A DNA stretch of 64,000 nucleotides, taken from assembly GCA_965204375.1 (NCBI GenBank), contig OZ241986.1:608001-672000 (forward strand), read 5' to 3'. The translations under genes were made by a program, and so were the position numbers. Source of the stretch: Candidatus Latescibacterota bacterium. Its GTDB lineage: Bacteria; Latescibacterota; UBA2968. A model generated the notes under the pieces. That model did not search any database, had not been told where the DNA came from, and saw only the letters and a program-made list of their open reading frames with translations. Within the stretch, counting starts at the first letter, position 1. Each line of letters begins with the position of its first letter. This document shows positions 59,638-64,000 of the stretch, in pieces.

Positions 59638-59818
59638 TACGATCTCCTTTCATGTGTGAACACCTGTCAAGGTGTGCAGGACGATTTGCCCTAGTGAGTG
59701 TTAGTGGCACTCACTGGGGCTTTCATAGTTTTTATGCCAGAAAATTGGGATAAACGCACCAGGAGAAAAAGGCCGCCGATCTCTCCGATCAGTGGCCTTT
59801 TTTGTTTGTCTCGCTGGT

Positions 59819-59847
59819 CAAGGTGGCGTACATATCCCTTGACATTT
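59819..59847. other. Intergenic segment between the leftward operon and the TA promoter (no specific function assigned)
   Basis: Lies after the hairpin AAAAAGGCC...GGCCTTTTTT (59766-59802) and overlaps the TTGACA at 59838. Confidence 0.2.
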
Positions 59848-59867
59848 CTTTATACAATTGTACAATT
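59838..59867 (+). promoter_or_regulatory. TA promoter with palindromic operator
   Basis: TTGACA-17 nt-TACAAT overlapping the palindrome TACAATTGTA. Confidence 0.65.
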
Positions 59868-59887
59868 AGTGTTTTGGGGAGACTATT

Positions 59888-60286
59888 ATGGACATTGTAA
59901 TTGATACGTCAGCGATTATTGCGGTGATTGTAGGTGAACCTGAAAAAGACGCGATTATCGCAGCTACATCGGGTCACACACTTATCGGTCCCCGCTCCAT
60001 TCCCTGGGAAATTGGAAATGCTTTCTCGTTGATGTTCAAGAAAGGCAGCCTCGATGTTGAGGATGCACAGCGGGGTCTGAAGATTTTCGATAGTATCCCA
60101 TTGCAATACGTGAACGTTGACATGGCAAATGTTCTGTCTATCGCGGCCCAGGTGAACGCATACGCATACGACGCGTACTTATTGGACTGCGCTTTGCGGC
60201 ATACAGCGCCCTTATTAACGCTGGATCGAACACTTAGACGGGCCGCAGACGAACTCAATATCAACCTCGTTAATTTGGAGGAGTAA
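59888..60286 (+). CDS. vapC: PIN-domain VapC toxin
   Basis: VIDTSAII, WEIGNA, AYDAYLL, LLTLD. Confidence 0.9.
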   Translation: MDIVIDTSAIIAVIVGEPEKDAIIAATSGHTLIGPRSIPWEIGNAFSLMFKKGSLDVEDAQRGLKIFDSIPLQYVNVDMANVLSIAAQVNAYAYDAYLLDCALRHTAPLLTLDRTLRRAADELNINLVNLEE

Positions 60287-60287
60287 G

Positions 60288-60533
60288 ATGGACGTATATA
60301 CGTATTCAGAAGCCAGACAAAACCTCTCCAACGTGCTGAAAAAAGCCGAGTCGGATGGTAAGGTTCTTATACGCAGAAAAGACGGCAAGACTTATGCCTT
60401 GGTGCCGGAGCGTCCCACCGCGTCACCGCTGGATGTTCCTTCAATCAAGGCAGACATCTCTACACAGGAAATCGTCACACTTGTCAGGCAAGAGAGGGGT
60501 AGAATAAGGGGGTGGCGTCAACGCGCCCAATAA
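60288..60533 (+). CDS. Phd/YefM antitoxin downstream of the toxin
   Basis: YTYSEARQNLSNVLKKA...VLIRRKDG. Confidence 0.88.
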   Translation: MDVYTYSEARQNLSNVLKKAESDGKVLIRRKDGKTYALVPERPTASPLDVPSIKADISTQEIVTLVRQERGRIRGWRQRAQ

Positions 60534-60826
60534 AGCACGTCTCAACCCAGAAGTCTCCCTTTATCTACTTGCCCTGTATGGTAGCGATAACCCCGTGTGC
60601 CAATTCCTCTTTCTCGGTATATCTGGCCGGCCTGCGGTGTCTTTCCATCGACCAGCCGTCTGGAGTTGCGGCATTGTCGCTTTGTTCTCTACGAGGCTTT
60701 GCGAGGATCAAAGTGGATCACCCGAACCTATCAACGTACAAAATAGCAGATATATTTGGATATTCACAAATGACTGTGGTGCGTGCATTGCGCGACAGTT
60801 GACACTTAACCAGAAGGGAGCAACAC

Positions 60827-61018
60827 ATGTGGGCCTATAACATGACCAAAGACCAGATAATCAACCTTGATCATGTGGTGTCGCTTGAAAGGCATGGGTC
60901 GTATATTGACTATCACGGGGTTGACGGGAAAATGGTGAGATTCCTCTATCCAAATGACCAGATTGCGAAAGATGTCTATGGGACTATTGTGGACAGGATC
61001 GGCGAGAATATGGTTTGA
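60827..61018 (+). CDS. Small hypothetical protein (MW family)
   Basis: GGAGCAACACATG start context. Confidence 0.6.
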   Translation: MWAYNMTKDQIINLDHVVSLERHGSYIDYHGVDGKMVRFLYPNDQIAKDVYGTIVDRIGENMV

Positions 61019-61035
61019 TTTGAAAGGAGCAACAC

Positions 61036-61266
61036 ATGTGGTTTGAATACACAGCAAGAACGTCGGCAGGAGAGGCGCACGTCCTGAAGCATATCGAGAC
61101 CGGCGCACGATGGGAACACTGCAAGGGCAGTGCATGTATCTATTTCTATACAGCAGCAGGAGGGGAGAGTACAATCTCTTTTGATGGCGAGAACGCAGCG
61201 GAACAGGCAGAGCGCCGTTGGTTAGACCTTGTGGGCGGTCTAAGCCGAAAGGATTTGATTATCTAA
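61036..61266 (+). CDS. Small hypothetical protein (MW-like)
   Basis: AAGGAGCAACACATG start context. Confidence 0.6.
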   Translation: MWFEYTARTSAGEAHVLKHIETGARWEHCKGSACIYFYTAAGGESTISFDGENAAEQAERRWLDLVGGLSRKDLII

Positions 61267-61415
61267 ACCAGTTTGTAATGTTGGAAAATTCGACCTGGCG
61301 CAATTTAAGCCCTTTTAACGCGCGATCTGCTTGACTGCCTGATAACGCGGGCAAGTGGTCGCTCACACAACGGGCATGACCAGGCAAAGCACACAGCCCA
61401 AAATGAGGGGGAGTT

Positions 61416-61736
61416 ATGCAGGACAAAGATATTATTGGTTTAGCGATCAGAGAAACGCCGCTCGTGTTGGAACTTCAGGCACTTGAAAAAGTAGGTCACA
61501 TTAAAGGTCATGAAGGTGAAGACGTATTTTACGACTGGAGGGATAGGGTACCGCCGTATGCCTATAAGTGGTATTCGCCAGAATCGGAGGAGTGGCGGTT
61601 TGCCTATGAATGGCGCAGACAGTTTATTGAAGAGGACTATATCTATTTCTCCCTGATCACGCGCGCAGAGATCCGCACCGCTGAAGAGTATGAGGCAACA
61701 AGGGAAAAGTTGAGTGGCGCAATGTATTTACTCTGA
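61416..61736 (+). CDS. Hypothetical protein
   Basis: GAGGGGGAG upstream; 106 aa. Confidence 0.55.
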   Translation: MQDKDIIGLAIRETPLVLELQALEKVGHIKGHEGEDVFYDWRDRVPPYAYKWYSPESEEWRFAYEWRRQFIEEDYIYFSLITRAEIRTAEEYEATREKLSGAMYLL

Positions 61737-61917
61737 CCCTATCGGTTTATACGGCTGAAAATGCGACCAGACGCATATGCGCCTGATTAAGATAACACAG
61801 TGCTACTACGAGCAGAATGTAAAATCGGGGGAGTCTTTTAGGAAGTATCAGACTCCCCGATTTTGTTTGTTTTTATGGTCACTACCCTACATAATTCCCT
61901 TACAAAAGGAGCTTTCT

Positions 61918-62757
61918 GTGCGTCTGTTATTGGTAATCACTTACATATTATTGGTCATAGGTTTTCTGTGTGCTTTTTATTTCTTTAGGCAAATTCTCGA
62001 AACCTCGGATAAAATTGCTATCATTGTACCACCTGCTATTGCTGCAATATACGCACATTTGCAGTGTCTCTATTACAGAAACGAAGAAAGGCGCCAAAAA
62101 AAGGAAGAGGCACTTGATAATTTTGAGAAAAGATTTAAGGATCTTATTGAGTCGAAGAACAGCGTGGGGGTTGAGAGCGAAACGGACAACGTACCATGGT
62201 TTCGTTTTCCCGGCGTTAGCATTGGTGAATTTATGATAAACCCGTTCACAATTTCCAGGAAAAATGTACATAAATTGAAAAGTGGTGTGATAGCCTTTCA
62301 GGATGAATCACTATCTATCTCCCTAAACACGCTTAACAATGCTCCTCCAGAAGTCCGCTATGACTGGATAGACGCACAGGGCAAACCAAATCTGGACGAT
62401 TCGTACAGTGATAGGTTTCAGGTTTGGGATACATACTTCGGGTACTATTTTTCAGGCTTGTGCGCCTTGATTCGGTCTGTTGAGAAAGAAATAGAATTCA
62501 ATGAAAGTGACAGAATGTTTTGCATAACAAGAATAAGGCACTCCCTGTCCGGGGGTGAAGTTTTTTGCTTATTCTATTACTGCATGAACGATAATCTGTT
62601 GTGTAAAGAATTGAAGGGGCATGTGGAAAAGTACGGACTCTTTGAGAACCTCTCATTTTTCTGTCTCGAAGACGAAAAAATGCATAGAGGCAGATTCTAC
62701 GATCCGCGTGCATTTGGTGACAGAGAAACGGTCATTCGCGGTCACTACTCTACATAA
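61918..62757 (+). CDS. Second putAbiC-like abortive infection protein
   Basis: Two TM helices, FEKRF, FGYYFSGL, IRHSLSGGE, VEKYGLFENL; GTG start after AAGGAG. Confidence 0.7.
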   Translation: MRLLLVITYILLVIGFLCAFYFFRQILETSDKIAIIVPPAIAAIYAHLQCLYYRNEERRQKKEEALDNFEKRFKDLIESKNSVGVESETDNVPWFRFPGVSIGEFMINPFTISRKNVHKLKSGVIAFQDESLSISLNTLNNAPPEVRYDWIDAQGKPNLDDSYSDRFQVWDTYFGYYFSGLCALIRSVEKEIEFNESDRMFCITRIRHSLSGGEVFCLFYYCMNDNLLCKELKGHVEKYGLFENLSFFCLEDEKMHRGRFYDPRAFGDRETVIRGHYST

Positions 62758-62917
62758 CTCCCATCCCCGAAGTATTAAAGAGACAACAGTGTTTAGATCG
62801 GATAGCTTGGTGTGTGCTTGGTGTGTGCTTGCTGCGGTAGTTGTGTTATCAATTGTAGTGTTCTTTAGTCACTATTCTGCGTAATCAATCCCCGTTTTTA
62901 GAAGGAGGCACAGAACT

Positions 62918-63334
62918 ATGAACAGATCAGTAAATGTTGGCATCCGTCCAACCCCATTATCAGAAATAGGTTATGTAGATAGATATACACAACCAAAACC
63001 GCGAGGGATCCAGTTCCCGGATGGGACAGTGCGGCGATTTTCGGCTAAATGGTTCAATGTGTTGCGAATGACTGCCCAGTGGCTTGCAGATACAGGGAGA
63101 TTAACGGCGAGTAACGCACGAGTGCGTCATAAGAACATTAGGCATTTATGTGTTACAGATGGCGAAAACCCAACACATCCTACTGCCAGAAACAGGCCAT
63201 TCAAACGACCCGAAAGAGTTGCCACTGGTGTCTATCTTGAAAATAACTGGAAGGCGGACGATGTAATATCTGGCGCAATAGGACTTCTTGAGCGTTTTGA
63301 TATAGATCCCGATAGCGTTATAATAGGATTTTGA
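62918..63334 (+). CDS. Hypothetical protein
   Basis: AAGGAGG RBS; IQFPDG..W..L..AQWL pattern. Confidence 0.6.
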   Translation: MNRSVNVGIRPTPLSEIGYVDRYTQPKPRGIQFPDGTVRRFSAKWFNVLRMTAQWLADTGRLTASNARVRHKNIRHLCVTDGENPTHPTARNRPFKRPERVATGVYLENNWKADDVISGAIGLLERFDIDPDSVIIGF

Positions 63335-63347
63335 AAAAAGGAATAAA

Positions 63348-63725
63348 ATGACGAAACAAGAACTGGACGAATTGATAGAATTTATTGAAGTGAAACATGA
63401 CATTCCCCCGACAAATGGCAAGTGCAAATCTCGAAAGGTTAAAAAGGATAGAAATATGTATAATACATTCACGCTGATCGCCTTCGATGAAGGTGGAGTA
63501 AAAGGTTCGCCGTCAAACCTCAGACTGGTGTGCAACACTGAAAAAGGCGACAAAATTGCGATTTGGGGAGATAGGAAAAACCGCCAGAACATCGACACTG
63601 TTCTGGATGCAGGGCTACCTTGTAAGGTGTCCTGTAAGTATCGGGAACCCAAGTTAGACCACGCCAAACAGTACGGTCACACACATTGGGTCAAGCAGGA
63701 TTTCCCGCTAAGGGTGTTGGCGTAG
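63348..63725 (+). CDS. Hypothetical protein
   Basis: AAGGA RBS; 125 aa. Confidence 0.55.
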   Translation: MTKQELDELIEFIEVKHDIPPTNGKCKSRKVKKDRNMYNTFTLIAFDEGGVKGSPSNLRLVCNTEKGDKIAIWGDRKNRQNIDTVLDAGLPCKVSCKYREPKLDHAKQYGHTHWVKQDFPLRVLA

Positions 63726-63941
63726 CATAGCGTAATCTTTGTAAAAAAAGAGAGAAGTTGAAGGCTGATGGATTACTTTAGAAAAGAAAGGTGGTGATGC
63801 GTAATGCTCCCTGATGATATCAACCGGACAATTTCTGGTATAATAGCAGACTTAAAAGACAGAGGGGACATGTAGCGTAGGGCAAGCTCATTATTTAGAG
63901 GAAAATTCAGACTTTTCAGACACTACCTAGGAGAGCCTAAA

Positions 63942-64000
63942 ATGACAGATTTTGCAAATCTGATGTCGGATGTGGCAAAGGCGTTGTTGGGCGAGCCGAC
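63942..64000 (+). CDS. Start of a gene running off the window
   Basis: AGGAG RBS; MTDFANLMSDVAKALLGEP. Confidence 0.5.
   Translation, partial: MTDFANLMSDVAKALLGEP

Noticed and set aside
60512-60802. ORF ending in an HTH-like segment (STYKIADIFGYSQMTVVRAL)
   Set aside because: No credible start or RBS; at most a remnant, so not called

Overview
Bacterial window with three zones. 1-14.9 kb is mostly ordinary metabolism (lipid kinase, adk, xylA, HD hydrolase, AKR, sulfatase, two PhyH dioxygenases, BNR/sialidase-like protein, Gfo/Idh/MocA, creatininase) plus an AbiE toxin-antitoxin pair. 14.9-52 kb is a mobile-element-scarred accessory/defence island: a tnpB IS200/IS605 derivative, Rpn, a serine-recombinase remnant and a ~415 bp direct repeat, a second IS nested in an IS256 end, many MITEs, duplicated PhyH genes, sulfatases/sulfotransferase, Fic, a putAbiC-like gene, a UDG-like gene, a four-gene PAPS-reductase-like/SF2 helicase/MORC ATPase/PLD operon, a proteasome-like Ntn hydrolase, an MTase-HNH fusion, and HEPN- and SLATT-like genes. 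52-64 kb resembles the leading/cargo region of an ICE, plasmid or prophage (Rad52/22, RadC, RHH proteins, small paralogous ORFs, VapC-Phd, a second putAbiC-like gene). Best novelty candidates: (1) two promoter-driven 139-nt structured RNAs with strong covariation at 52423-52561 and 54513-54651; (2) a 28-aa basic C-terminal tag, conserved mainly by synonymous change, shared by unrelated DUF1232 and LRAT proteins in the same locus; (3) the four-gene putative DNA-modification/defence operon at 39.7-44.5 kb; (4) a MITE that repeatedly targets the terminal repeat of an IS3-like element. No rRNA, intact tRNA or CRISPR array was seen. All family calls come from recognising motifs by eye, not from database searches. 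The many PhyH, sulfatase and Rpn genes are reminiscent of sponge-associated marine bacteria (inference only).
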